A stretch of 64,000 nt of DNA from a virus: the IMG/VR virus record IMGVR_UViG_3300030049_000007; one strand, written 5' to 3'. Under the pieces are notes generated by a model. The model made no database searches, was not told where the DNA came from, and was given only the letters and a program-made list of their open reading frames with translations. This document shows, piece by piece, positions 20,233 through 28,251 of this stretch. A program made the position numbers and the translations under genes. The stretch's first letter is position 1, and each line of letters begins with the position of its first letter.

Positions 20233-20309
20233 CGGCTAATAGCGCGTCAATTAAATCAATTGACCCTTGCAGCCGCTCCCTCTTATTTGTAAGTGGGGAA
20301 TCACTTTTA
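20233..20309 (-). repeat. Copy 2 of a duplicated structured RNA motif
   Basis: Same conserved blocks and spacing as copy 1. Confidence 0.7.
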
Positions 20310-20459
20310 TTGAGTTGGAGTATTTGCTTTTGCTCCAACCTATCTTCGGGTGATCGTTGCAACGATCAAGCAGTTACCCTATCGGTTTTCTATTATGACC
20401 GAAAACATACCCAATCAATTCTTATCACCGTTCTGATTGGGTAAGAACAGGTGAATGCA

Positions 20460-20597
20460 GGAGACTTCTACATGCTGCCTACGTCAAAGGCAATAAGCCA
20501 ATGATATCAACAGTTTCCGCTGCAAACGGCGAATGATTATAGAACATGTCTTTGCAGGACAAGTCTTTTATCATTCCTTAAACATGTAGAAGTCTCC
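20460..20597 (-). ncRNA. Candidate 138-nt structured RNA closed by a 15-bp stem
   Basis: Perfect inverted repeat GGAGACTTCTACATG / CATGTAGAAGTCTCC; 5' end falls at the predicted TSS of the adjacent promoter. Confidence 0.55.
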
Positions 20598-20612
20598 ATA
20601 TATCTTATAACA
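20594..20612 (-). promoter_or_regulatory. Promoter motif TGTTATAAGATATATGGAG (extended -10)
   Basis: One of three near-identical copies in the window. Confidence 0.7.
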
Positions 20613-20616
20613 GAAT

Positions 20617-21024
20617 TTACTCAGTTTTTGCAGAATCCTTGAGGAAATACTTTTCGGATCGCCTCAAAAACCTTTTAAAGTGCTTCTGAACGGATTCGGG
20701 AATCTTATAAGCTCCTTCATTCATTCTGTCAATGGCCCTAGACTCAGCTTCCTTCTTTGTATATCGATCACGCTTATTGCAGAGAGAGAAGCCAACAACT
20801 ACCTGACCATTAACCTTATCAGAAATAAGAACTCCAATAGGATTGCGATTGTAAAGACAATTCAGAATATCTTTGAGATCAGCCTGAATCTCATTAATTT
20901 GTGCAGCATTATCAACATTAAGTACTGGCAGATCATCGATCAATGCCATAATATCGACGACCTTTCTTTCAATCACTTCAGGATTGAAGTTCTTCTTGTT
21001 ATGACGGACGTATTCCTTGAGCAT
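20617..21024 (-). CDS. Conserved-looking phage hypothetical protein (start revised to MLKEYVRH)
   Basis: GGAGAG SD before the ATG at 21024; the longer start would overlap tRNA-Arg; 'VGFSLCNKRDRY' motif. Confidence 0.65.
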   Translation of the reverse strand: MLKEYVRHNKKNFNPEVIERKVVDIMALIDDLPVLNVDNAAQINEIQADLKDILNCLYNRNPIGVLISDKVNGQVVVGFSLCNKRDRYTKKEAESRAIDRMNEGAYKIPESVQKHFKRFLRRSEKYFLKDSAKTE

Positions 21025-21049
21025 TATCTCTCCTATGAGATTGGTTGAT

Positions 21050-21125
21050 TGGTCTTCCCACCGTGGCTCGAACACGGGTCTAGAACTTAGAAGGTTCTTG
21101 CTAAATCCAACTCAGCTATGGGAAG
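21050..21125 (-). tRNA. tRNA-Arg(TCT)
   Basis: agaac-CT TCT AA-gttct; CCA. Confidence 0.9.
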
Positions 21126-21133
21126 AAAGTGAA

Positions 21134-21340
21134 TTATCGTTTTAAATTATTCCAAGCAGTTACAGTATCTTCCCATTCTTTATCAAAAGGTCCTAAATAG
21201 TGACAATCTGTACATTCAACATATCTTAATTTAAGTTTACCATTATAAACAACATTGAGTGATTTTTGTAAATCTCCATTTGGATCTATAAATGCTTCAT
21301 TACCTGTATTTTTACATCTAGGACATGGTTTGAAATTCAT
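21134..21340 (-). CDS. Small zinc-finger protein (Lar/restriction-alleviation-like pattern)
   Basis: KPCPRC...YVECTDC...AWN. Confidence 0.55.
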   Translation of the reverse strand: MNFKPCPRCKNTGNEAFIDPNGDLQKSLNVVYNGKLKLRYVECTDCHYLGPFDKEWEDTVTAWNNLKR

Positions 21341-21565
21341 TCATCCTCTCCAATCAATTATCTTATGAGAAAAGTCAGTGTCATAATGATCAAAATCTTC
21401 AATAGTATTTACCAATTTAATATCAGGAAATTTATCCTTTAAATCATTAACTCCATTTGGAGATTTAGAAACCAAAGTATAGTTTGTATCAGTAGGAATA
21501 TAACGAATATATCCACCATATTCCTGATCTGCCATAATTTGAGAATAATATAAATAAGATTTCAT
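21341..21565 (-). CDS. Hypothetical protein
   Basis: GGAG SD; coupled to the downstream ORF. Confidence 0.55.
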   Translation of the reverse strand: MKSYLYYSQIMADQEYGGYIRYIPTDTNYTLVSKSPNGVNDLKDKFPDIKLVNTIEDFDHYDTDFSHKIIDWRG

Positions 21566-21584
21566 ATTATCTCCAAAATTAAAT

Positions 21585-21658
21585 TGGTGGAGTTTACGAG
21601 ACTCGAACTCGTGTTTGAAACTTGCAAAGCTACCGTTCTCCCACTGAACTAAAACCCC
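21585..21658 (-). tRNA. tRNA-Ala(TGC)
   Basis: G3.U70 pair; loop TT TGC AA; CCA. Confidence 0.85.
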
Positions 21659-21661
21659 AAT

Positions 21662-21736
21662 TGGCGTCCTCTGTTAGATTCGAACTAACGACCATCCGGT
21701 TAACAGCCGGAAGCTCTGCCATTGAGCTAAGAGGAC
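21662..21736 (-). tRNA. tRNA-Asn(GTT)
   Basis: Loop CT GTT AA; G73; CCA. Confidence 0.9.
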
Positions 21737-21747
21737 ATTTTATGAAA

Positions 21748-21837
21748 TGGCGGTAGATGAAAGATTCGAACTTTCGGACCCTTTTAAAGGTCGCCGCATT
21801 AGTAGGGCGGTGCTATAGACCACTCAGCCAATCTACC
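21748..21837 (-). tRNA. tRNA-Ser with ACT anticodon (A34)
   Basis: Class II cloverleaf, long variable arm, G73; loop CT ACT AA. Confidence 0.8.
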
Positions 21838-22120
21838 GATTATTGGGAGAATAAATATTCTCCCTAGCAAACTGTCATTATGGCCATCCGGTCATGGTAT
21901 AGTTTGCTAATTTCCATCTTACATAACGAGGCCACATTCAATTCTGTGTGGATTAGTTATGCTATGATGGTGTTTATTTGGCATTCACATTTGATGCCTA
22001 CTCCATAGTATTGTGACGTAGCCCTCGATCGACACCAATTACATTGTGAGGACTTCAACGGGACGTAACTATGCAAGCTGAACTATTCAGAATTGATTGT
22101 CACGCTGAATAGTTCTTTGT

Positions 22121-22210
22121 TGGCGGAAAGCGAGAGATTCGAACTCCCGGTGAGCGTAAACCCACGATAGTTTTCAAGACTATTGCCTTAAACCACTCAG
22201 CCAGCTTTCC
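22121..22210 (-). tRNA. tRNA-Ser(TGA)
   Basis: atagt-CT TGA AA-actat; long variable arm; G73; CCA. Confidence 0.9.
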
Positions 22211-22215
22211 AGTTA

Positions 22216-22650
22216 TTAATCTAATCCAAAATTTTCACGGTAATTTGCTTCTTCTTCAGTTGGAGGATCAAGAATTTCCGGTTGATAATATTCTGAATAA
22301 ATAATTTCCATAGCTTTATCGCCATCTGCATAAAATAAATTTGGATTCGTTATGTTAAATCTATTACAAAAAGATTGACCAATTCTTATATCTTTATAGA
22401 TTTGAACTTCTTTATTATATTCTTTTAAAAAATCGGTAATCTGTTCATGATTTAAATGACAGTATGTAGCTTGTTTTGAAGGGAATTTTTCACCAAACGC
22501 AATCCTTAATTGATAAATCCTTAAAGCACCTTTATTTTTACAAGTTCCCATATAATTAGGAATTTCTTCTTTAGGTTGTGCATTAAAAAATTCCTGCATT
22601 TCCCACAATGCTTTTTCTACATTCTCAATTAGAGTATTAAGATCTTGCAT
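22216..22650 (-). CDS. Hypothetical protein
   Basis: GGAG SD; 'RIGQSFCN...LFY' small phage domain. Confidence 0.6.
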   Translation of the reverse strand: MQDLNTLIENVEKALWEMQEFFNAQPKEEIPNYMGTCKNKGALRIYQLRIAFGEKFPSKQATYCHLNHEQITDFLKEYNKEVQIYKDIRIGQSFCNRFNITNPNLFYADGDKAMEIIYSEYYQPEILDPPTEEEANYRENFGLD

Positions 22651-23164
22651 TGTAATCTCCTTTCTGTTTTTCCAATCTATAAAAAACTTCTTCGAGTAAA
22701 ATAGGTTTAAAATCAGTCCATTCTACACAAACATTTAAATATCTATTATCCATGATTTTATTACTATGCAAGTGACCATGAATATTTCCACCACACCATC
22801 TAGCTAAACTATCAGGATGAATGGGGATATGGGATAATAAATATTTATCAAGTTTATGTGATCCACGAATATCTTTAAAATATTTAGCATATTCTTTTAA
22901 ATCAAAGATATCATGATTACCACGAATTAAAACTTTTCTACCATTTAATTTTTCAAAAATAACTAGATCTCTTTTATGAAAAACAACATCACCTAAATGA
23001 TAGATTTTATCTTCAGGTTTCACTATATCATTCCAATTTTGAACTAAAGCTTCATCCATATCTTTTACATTATTCCAGGGGCGAACTTTAATTCCATCTT
23101 CTTTTAAAAAATTACAAATATTCTCTTGACCAAAATGAGTATCGCTTATTAAATAGACTTTCAT
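22637..23164 (-). CDS. Calcineurin-like metallophosphoesterase
   Basis: SDTHFG, HLGD, GNHD, HGHLH. Confidence 0.9.
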   Translation of the reverse strand: MKVYLISDTHFGQENICNFLKEDGIKVRPWNNVKDMDEALVQNWNDIVKPEDKIYHLGDVVFHKRDLVIFEKLNGRKVLIRGNHDIFDLKEYAKYFKDIRGSHKLDKYLLSHIPIHPDSLARWCGGNIHGHLHSNKIMDNRYLNVCVEWTDFKPILLEEVFYRLEKQKGDYNARS

Positions 23165-23694
23165 AAATACCTATTTTTCTGTTTAGCCCAATATCCTCGT
23201 GGTGGTTTTTCTATTCCATATTTTTTACACCACTTACCAATCATCCTACCACTTACATTATAAAATTTACCTATTTCTTCAGAAGGAATTTTCCAAATGA
23301 TTTTTTCTAAATCTTCTTTAGATGCAATGTCTTTTTCTTGATCTATTCTATAACATTCCACAGAACAATATTGCTTTTCAATAGAATCAGGTTGGAATTC
23401 TTTTTTACAATATCTACAAATTTTTAATTCTAAATAAACTGGATGATGAAGTTTACAATGTTCAGATGATGTTAATATTTCTAAATTTTCTGGATCATTA
23501 TTTAATCTATTTTCGTCTATATGATGTACATGTTCAAAGTCTTCTAAATATCTATTTAATTTATTTTCCATAACTAATCTATGAAAATAAACAGATTTTG
23601 AATTTTTCCATGCATTTGGATGTGTTGGATAATATACCGTTATGTAACCTAAAGGATGAAGTGTTTGTGTAAATGATTTTAAATCATGTAACAT
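23161..23694 (-). CDS. HNH homing endonuclease
   Basis: HRLVME...VHHIDENRLNN..NL; zinc finger and C-terminal HTH (PPRGYW). Confidence 0.9.
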   Translation of the reverse strand: MLHDLKSFTQTLHPLGYITVYYPTHPNAWKNSKSVYFHRLVMENKLNRYLEDFEHVHHIDENRLNNDPENLEILTSSEHCKLHHPVYLELKICRYCKKEFQPDSIEKQYCSVECYRIDQEKDIASKEDLEKIIWKIPSEEIGKFYNVSGRMIGKWCKKYGIEKPPRGYWAKQKNRYL

Positions 23695-23710
23695 ATTTTC
23701 CTTTATAAAT

Positions 23711-23798
23711 TGGAGCCAAGAACAGGATTCGAACCTGCGATGGATTATTAGTCGGCAGCTTACAAGGCTGTTCCCTTCGACCGCTTGGGCATCTTGGC
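23711..23798 (-). tRNA. tRNA with TGT anticodon (Thr), class II-like D-arm and enlarged variable region
   Basis: cagc-CT TGT AA-gctg; GCC..GGC-U-CCA acceptor; 16-nt variable region. Confidence 0.75.
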
Positions 23799-24162
23799 AA
23801 ATGGCAGTTTATGGATATCTGCCAACCAACTACTTTCATTTTTGTATAGCAAACAGGAGTTTTACCACTCACCATATATAGTAAGTCTTATCGGAGGAAC
23901 TGGAAATATCTTTGCGATATCGATGGCTTACAATCGATAACGTTTAAGTTTATCTCATCGTTATAGTCATAACGCTCATCCCCCGTTAACGCGACGGTTA
24001 GTAATATGAGTCGTATAGGGTTGGATACCTATTTTCCCGCATTCCGCTAAGACAGTCCTAAAACTGTCCTAGTCAGACGATTAATTATTTCATTATAAAA
24101 CCAAGTAGCATCACTACTCAGATTATCAATTAGAAGTTTTCAGCCTCGCAAGGCATGTTGTA

Positions 24163-24190
24163 ATTGTAACACACGGTCGAAACCTGTCAA
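24163..24190 (-). promoter_or_regulatory. Sigma70-type promoter at the head of the tRNA array
   Basis: TTGACA-N16-TACAAT with extended TG. Confidence 0.75.
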
Positions 24191-24281
24191 CAAGATATTT
24201 AAAGAATATGTCGTGGCTCGCTCCAAATCACGATTATTAAAAGTTTTATCTTTTAATAAAGGTGATTTGATATAATAATCT

Positions 24282-24300
24282 CTCCATATATATTATAACA
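24282..24300 (-). promoter_or_regulatory. Promoter motif TGTTATAATATATATGGAG
   Basis: Identical to the copy at 41821-41839. Confidence 0.7.
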
Positions 24301-24342
24301 AAAAAATGGTGTTTTTTGCGAACATGTGTTATCATAGAACTT

Positions 24343-25014
24343 ATGTCGAACGAACTGATTCTACAATACCAGAAAGATCCAACGAATAAAGAAATCGAAC
24401 AGAAATTACTCGATATGCATGGATCTTATATTAAAGCCAACATTAATAAATGGGCCGGGATAGTCCCTGATATAATCATTCATTCATATGGTAAGAAATA
24501 TGCGTTAGATGCTTTCAAGACTTATAATCCAATTAAAGGATCCATTAACACCCATCTATATAACAATATCTCCCAACTCTCCAGACTAATCTATCAACAC
24601 CAAAATGCAATTCGCTTACCAGAGCAACAGATACAGTTAATCGGAAAAGTTAATGCATCTAGAGATATTCTAACTGATGAATTGGGCCGTGAGCCAACCA
24701 CAGAAGAAATAGCTGATAATTTATCTTTACCAAAAGCACATATAGCTAAAGTAATTAGAAATCAAAGAGCAGATTTTCTAAATGATTCTGATACAGATAT
24801 GCAACATGCTTATGGTGATCATGATAATGAGATAGGAAATAAGATATTTCAATTTAGACAGACTCTGAATGATACAAGAAAAGATCAATTTGATAGTTTT
24901 ACAGGATATAACAACGTAACTCCATTAAGTCCTCAACAATTTGGTTTAAAATTTAAACTTAAACCTTACGAAGTATCAAGACTTAAAACATTATTTGCTA
25001 AAGGGTTAAAATAA
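24343..25014 (+). CDS. Sigma70-family (FliA/SigB-like) phage sigma factor
   Basis: Region 2-like AFKTYNP..G; IRLP; region 3 ELGREPTTEEIADNL; region 4-like C-terminus; probable leaderless ATG at 24343. Confidence 0.8.
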   Translation: MSNELILQYQKDPTNKEIEQKLLDMHGSYIKANINKWAGIVPDIIIHSYGKKYALDAFKTYNPIKGSINTHLYNNISQLSRLIYQHQNAIRLPEQQIQLIGKVNASRDILTDELGREPTTEEIADNLSLPKAHIAKVIRNQRADFLNDSDTDMQHAYGDHDNEIGNKIFQFRQTLNDTRKDQFDSFTGYNNVTPLSPQQFGLKFKLKPYEVSRLKTLFAKGLK

Positions 25015-25394
25015 TGGCAACTCAAATTACTCGTACCCAGATATTAACTGATAGAGTTATTACTGTTACTATTAGCTTAACAGCTAAAGATGCTACAGAT
25101 GATGCGTTGGTTAAAAAGTTTGGTGATATTCAAATTATGCCTAGTGGATATTTTAATGATCCAGCAGATTCTACCTATCCTCAGTTTATGGTAAACGCGG
25201 GAACAGAACCTATCGATTTTTTTACAGCAGGATCTATCGTTGCTACATTCGCTAATGATACATTAGCTCTTGCAGATCTTCAGAGACGTGCTTTATTATG
25301 GGGTAACGCTATCCAGTTAACTATACAGAATGCCATGATAGCTTTACGTGCTTTAGTTGATTCTACTACCTCTACTAGTGTGGTGACAATATGA
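25014..25394 (+). CDS. Hypothetical virion protein
   Basis: TAATG coupling to the sigma gene; structural-type composition. Confidence 0.5.
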   Translation: MATQITRTQILTDRVITVTISLTAKDATDDALVKKFGDIQIMPSGYFNDPADSTYPQFMVNAGTEPIDFFTAGSIVATFANDTLALADLQRRALLWGNAIQLTIQNAMIALRALVDSTTSTSVVTI

Positions 25395-25732
25395 GTTTGG
25401 TTAAATTAGCTTGGGATTCTAAAATGGATGAATTTGAAAATATTTTTAAATCAAAAACTCTAAAACAAATGCAACCATATAAATATTTTGAAGATAAACA
25501 TAAACAAAAAGCTAAAGAATGGATTAAATACTATCAGTTAGAACCTAATGATCCATTAACACATACCGTAGGAAAAGAACAAAGAAAATGGACTAATGCA
25601 GTCTATGATAGATATAATAAATATAAATCTCATATTAGAAATAGAAATATGAAACGTGGATTAGCTGGACTTGCTGCCGTTACTGTTTTGGGCGGAATTG
25701 TAAAAAACAGTTTAAATAAAGATAAAAAATAA
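25391..25732 (+). CDS. Basic protein with MSLVKLA leader and C-terminal TM segment
   Basis: Leader motif; GLAGLAAVTVLGGIV. Confidence 0.65.
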   Translation: MSLVKLAWDSKMDEFENIFKSKTLKQMQPYKYFEDKHKQKAKEWIKYYQLEPNDPLTHTVGKEQRKWTNAVYDRYNKYKSHIRNRNMKRGLAGLAAVTVLGGIVKNSLNKDKK

Positions 25733-25736
25733 CAAT

Positions 25737-26156
25737 ATGGCCTATTTAAATTATTTAGCTCAGATTAAAACATTCCTAACTAACTGGTCATCTTGTATGG
25801 CTGGTAATGGAAGTACTAATACTTTTGATTATAAAATTAGTACGGCAAAAGAATTAAATAATTTGAAGAATGCAGTTACTGTAAATGATATGGTTCAGAT
25901 GGGTAATGCCTATTATGATCAGGTTGGAATAGGTAGAGCAATGACTGAATTATATAAAAAACCTAAAGATTATTTTGCTGATTTTGTAGCATTTAATACT
26001 ACTCAATTAGCTGATTTAACTAATTTAGGTAACGAAGTAACAAATTCATATACTAATATTTCAGATACTAGTTTAAGTAATAAGTCAATTAAATCTATTT
26101 CAGCTAAATTACAATTAAAACTTTCCTTAATAAGTTCACCATATGACAACAATTAA
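25737..26156 (+). CDS. Hypothetical virion/baseplate protein
   Basis: Context upstream of the baseplate genes. Confidence 0.45.
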   Translation: MAYLNYLAQIKTFLTNWSSCMAGNGSTNTFDYKISTAKELNNLKNAVTVNDMVQMGNAYYDQVGIGRAMTELYKKPKDYFADFVAFNTTQLADLTNLGNEVTNSYTNISDTSLSNKSIKSISAKLQLKLSLISSPYDNN

Positions 26157-26568
26157 TTTAGATATTACAAATAGAGATTTATACGGAAATGTGACTTTTT
26201 TATTAAAGTCTGCTAGAGTTTATGGTATCGAAAATGTAATTCAGAAAGTAACTACTTGTTTGTTATCATCCAAGAAAACTACTTATTTTGGTAATATATA
26301 TGGCAGCGATGCATTACAGGCTGGTAAATATAATTTTAATGCAGATGGAGTTACAGATTTTAAATTACAAATTACAGATGATTTAGTAAATATTAAAAGT
26401 TCTATTCAAACTGATGAAACTACATATAACATTCCCGTAGCAGATAGATTAAAAGATATAGCTATTCAAGACGTAGTATTTGATAATACAACTTTAACAG
26501 TAAGTTTATCATTGTTAATTTCTACTAATTCTGCTTCCACTATTATTCAATTGCCGGTGAAATCGTGA
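26143..26568 (+). CDS. Baseplate wedge, gp25-like
   Basis: Size 141 aa; GIE.VIQKV...LL pattern; directly before the J-like gene. Confidence 0.55.
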   Translation: MTTINLDITNRDLYGNVTFLLKSARVYGIENVIQKVTTCLLSSKKTTYFGNIYGSDALQAGKYNFNADGVTDFKLQITDDLVNIKSSIQTDETTYNIPVADRLKDIAIQDVVFDNTTLTVSLSLLISTNSASTIIQLPVKS

Positions 26569-28250
26569 ATTCAACAGATCTGATTAAATTTTCAACTGAT
26601 GTATTACAAGCAGATTCTAATTATGCTAATGTAGATTTATCTACATCAGGTGCATTTTACAATTTAACCATTCTACCATTTTCGGTTTTAACAAAGCCAT
26701 TAAGAGATTTGATTAATTCAAATATGAACGCATTAGCATTAGGAACTATGACTAGTGCTCAATTAGATAGTTGGGCTACTAATTTATTTCTTACACGTAG
26801 AACTAATAATTTAATGACCGTAGCTATTACAATTTATTTAACAAATAGTACAGAAACGATAGAACCTTTAATGGTCTATACTACTGATACTTTTACTACA
26901 AATCAGAATAAGATTTTTTATCCAATTCAAGATTATATTTTTATATTTAGTTCATTACCGGTAGATTCAACAGGTAATTATAGATATGCTACCATTATTG
27001 CATCTTCAACTCAGGATTATACAGTTACAGCAGCTAATACAATTAAATCAACTTCTTTAACTCATCCATCACTTTCTTATGTTACAAATGCGGCAGCCTC
27101 TTCAACTCCAATTGAGGCTCAAACAGATACAGACTTTATAACAAGTATTCAGTCTGCAATATCCGCACGAAATAATACTACCGCAAATGCAATTTACACT
27201 AATTTAGAAGCTGCATATACTTCAATAACAGATATTTTAGCTATTGGATATAATGATCCTGAAATGCAGAGAGATATCGCTGTTGCAGCGCGTGATTGGT
27301 CGGGTCACTTTGGTGGAATGACAGATATTTACGTTCGCACTCCACTGACTGCTGTGACGGCTACGGTTACGGGCACTAGAAATTCTACCAACAATGGCTA
27401 CACTTTTATTCTTCGTAAATACGCAGGTTATGATTGGGATTCTATTGATGACTCATCACCCACCCCTCTCTCATTAACCCCCTGGATTGCTGTAACTTCT
27501 ACTAATCCATTACCTTCAATGCCTATAGTATTATTTGACTGGGCAGATACAACAATAACTAACACAACTATAACTACAGCGACCAATGGATTACCAAATG
27601 TATTAGTTGAAGTAATGCCAGATCCAGAATTAAATGCATATGGTAAAAATTATCGTTATTCAATATATGAAAATCTTAGAATAACGGTTTATACAAACAC
27701 AGCAGTAAATTCTTCTGAAACAATTGTATTAGCCTATTCTACTTTATCAAATATTGAAGATATGCAAACATATATGAACTCTTCAGTTGCTAGAGTTTTA
27801 ACTTCTAATAATTTAGTAAAATCTTTCCTTCCAGTTGAGATAAAGGATTTGACTATTGTTTATGATTCTAGTTATACTGTAGATACGACAACGTGGGCAA
27901 CTACTCTTGCTGATTTAATTAATAGCTGGTCATCAACTCAACCAATTAGATTATCTACATTATTAACCGATTTCGTAGCTCCAGTTCGTTTGGATGAAGT
28001 GTGGAGTGATACAACTTCTTCATTACCATATACTTTTGATAGTAATGGCAATATTACTGGAACTAATGTTTCAACATCTTTTCCTTCTTACATAACTATG
28101 TCATTAAATAATATAGATGGTTCTTTTCAATATTATATTTCTACTAGACAGATTTATCCAATGGTCAAAACTGGATTATCTTCAACTTATAGAACTTGTC
28201 GTTATTTTGTAGATTCTTCAAATATTCATTTTGTAGCGGGGACATGGTAA
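26565..28250 (+). CDS. Baseplate J-like wedge protein
   Basis: LD.WATN..LTR, E.QTD..F, IGYNDPEMQRD, GG..DIYV motifs. Confidence 0.7.
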   Translation: MNSTDLIKFSTDVLQADSNYANVDLSTSGAFYNLTILPFSVLTKPLRDLINSNMNALALGTMTSAQLDSWATNLFLTRRTNNLMTVAITIYLTNSTETIEPLMVYTTDTFTTNQNKIFYPIQDYIFIFSSLPVDSTGNYRYATIIASSTQDYTVTAANTIKSTSLTHPSLSYVTNAAASSTPIEAQTDTDFITSIQSAISARNNTTANAIYTNLEAAYTSITDILAIGYNDPEMQRDIAVAARDWSGHFGGMTDIYVRTPLTAVTATVTGTRNSTNNGYTFILRKYAGYDWDSIDDSSPTPLSLTPWIAVTSTNPLPSMPIVLFDWADTTITNTTITTATNGLPNVLVEVMPDPELNAYGKNYRYSIYENLRITVYTNTAVNSSETIVLAYSTLSNIEDMQTYMNSSVARVLTSNNLVKSFLPVEIKDLTIVYDSSYTVDTTTWATTLADLINSWSSTQPIRLSTLLTDFVAPVRLDEVWSDTTSSLPYTFDSNGNITGTNVSTSFPSYITMSLNNIDGSFQYYISTRQIYPMVKTGLSSTYRTCRYFVDSSNIHFVAGTW

Positions 28251-28251
28251 T

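Noticed and set aside
23711-23798. Calling this tRNA Tyr(GTA)
   Set aside because: Centring GTA in the loop destroys anticodon-stem pairing; only the TGT register pairs
23684-23875. 63-aa ORF
   Set aside because: Overlaps the whole tRNA on the same strand
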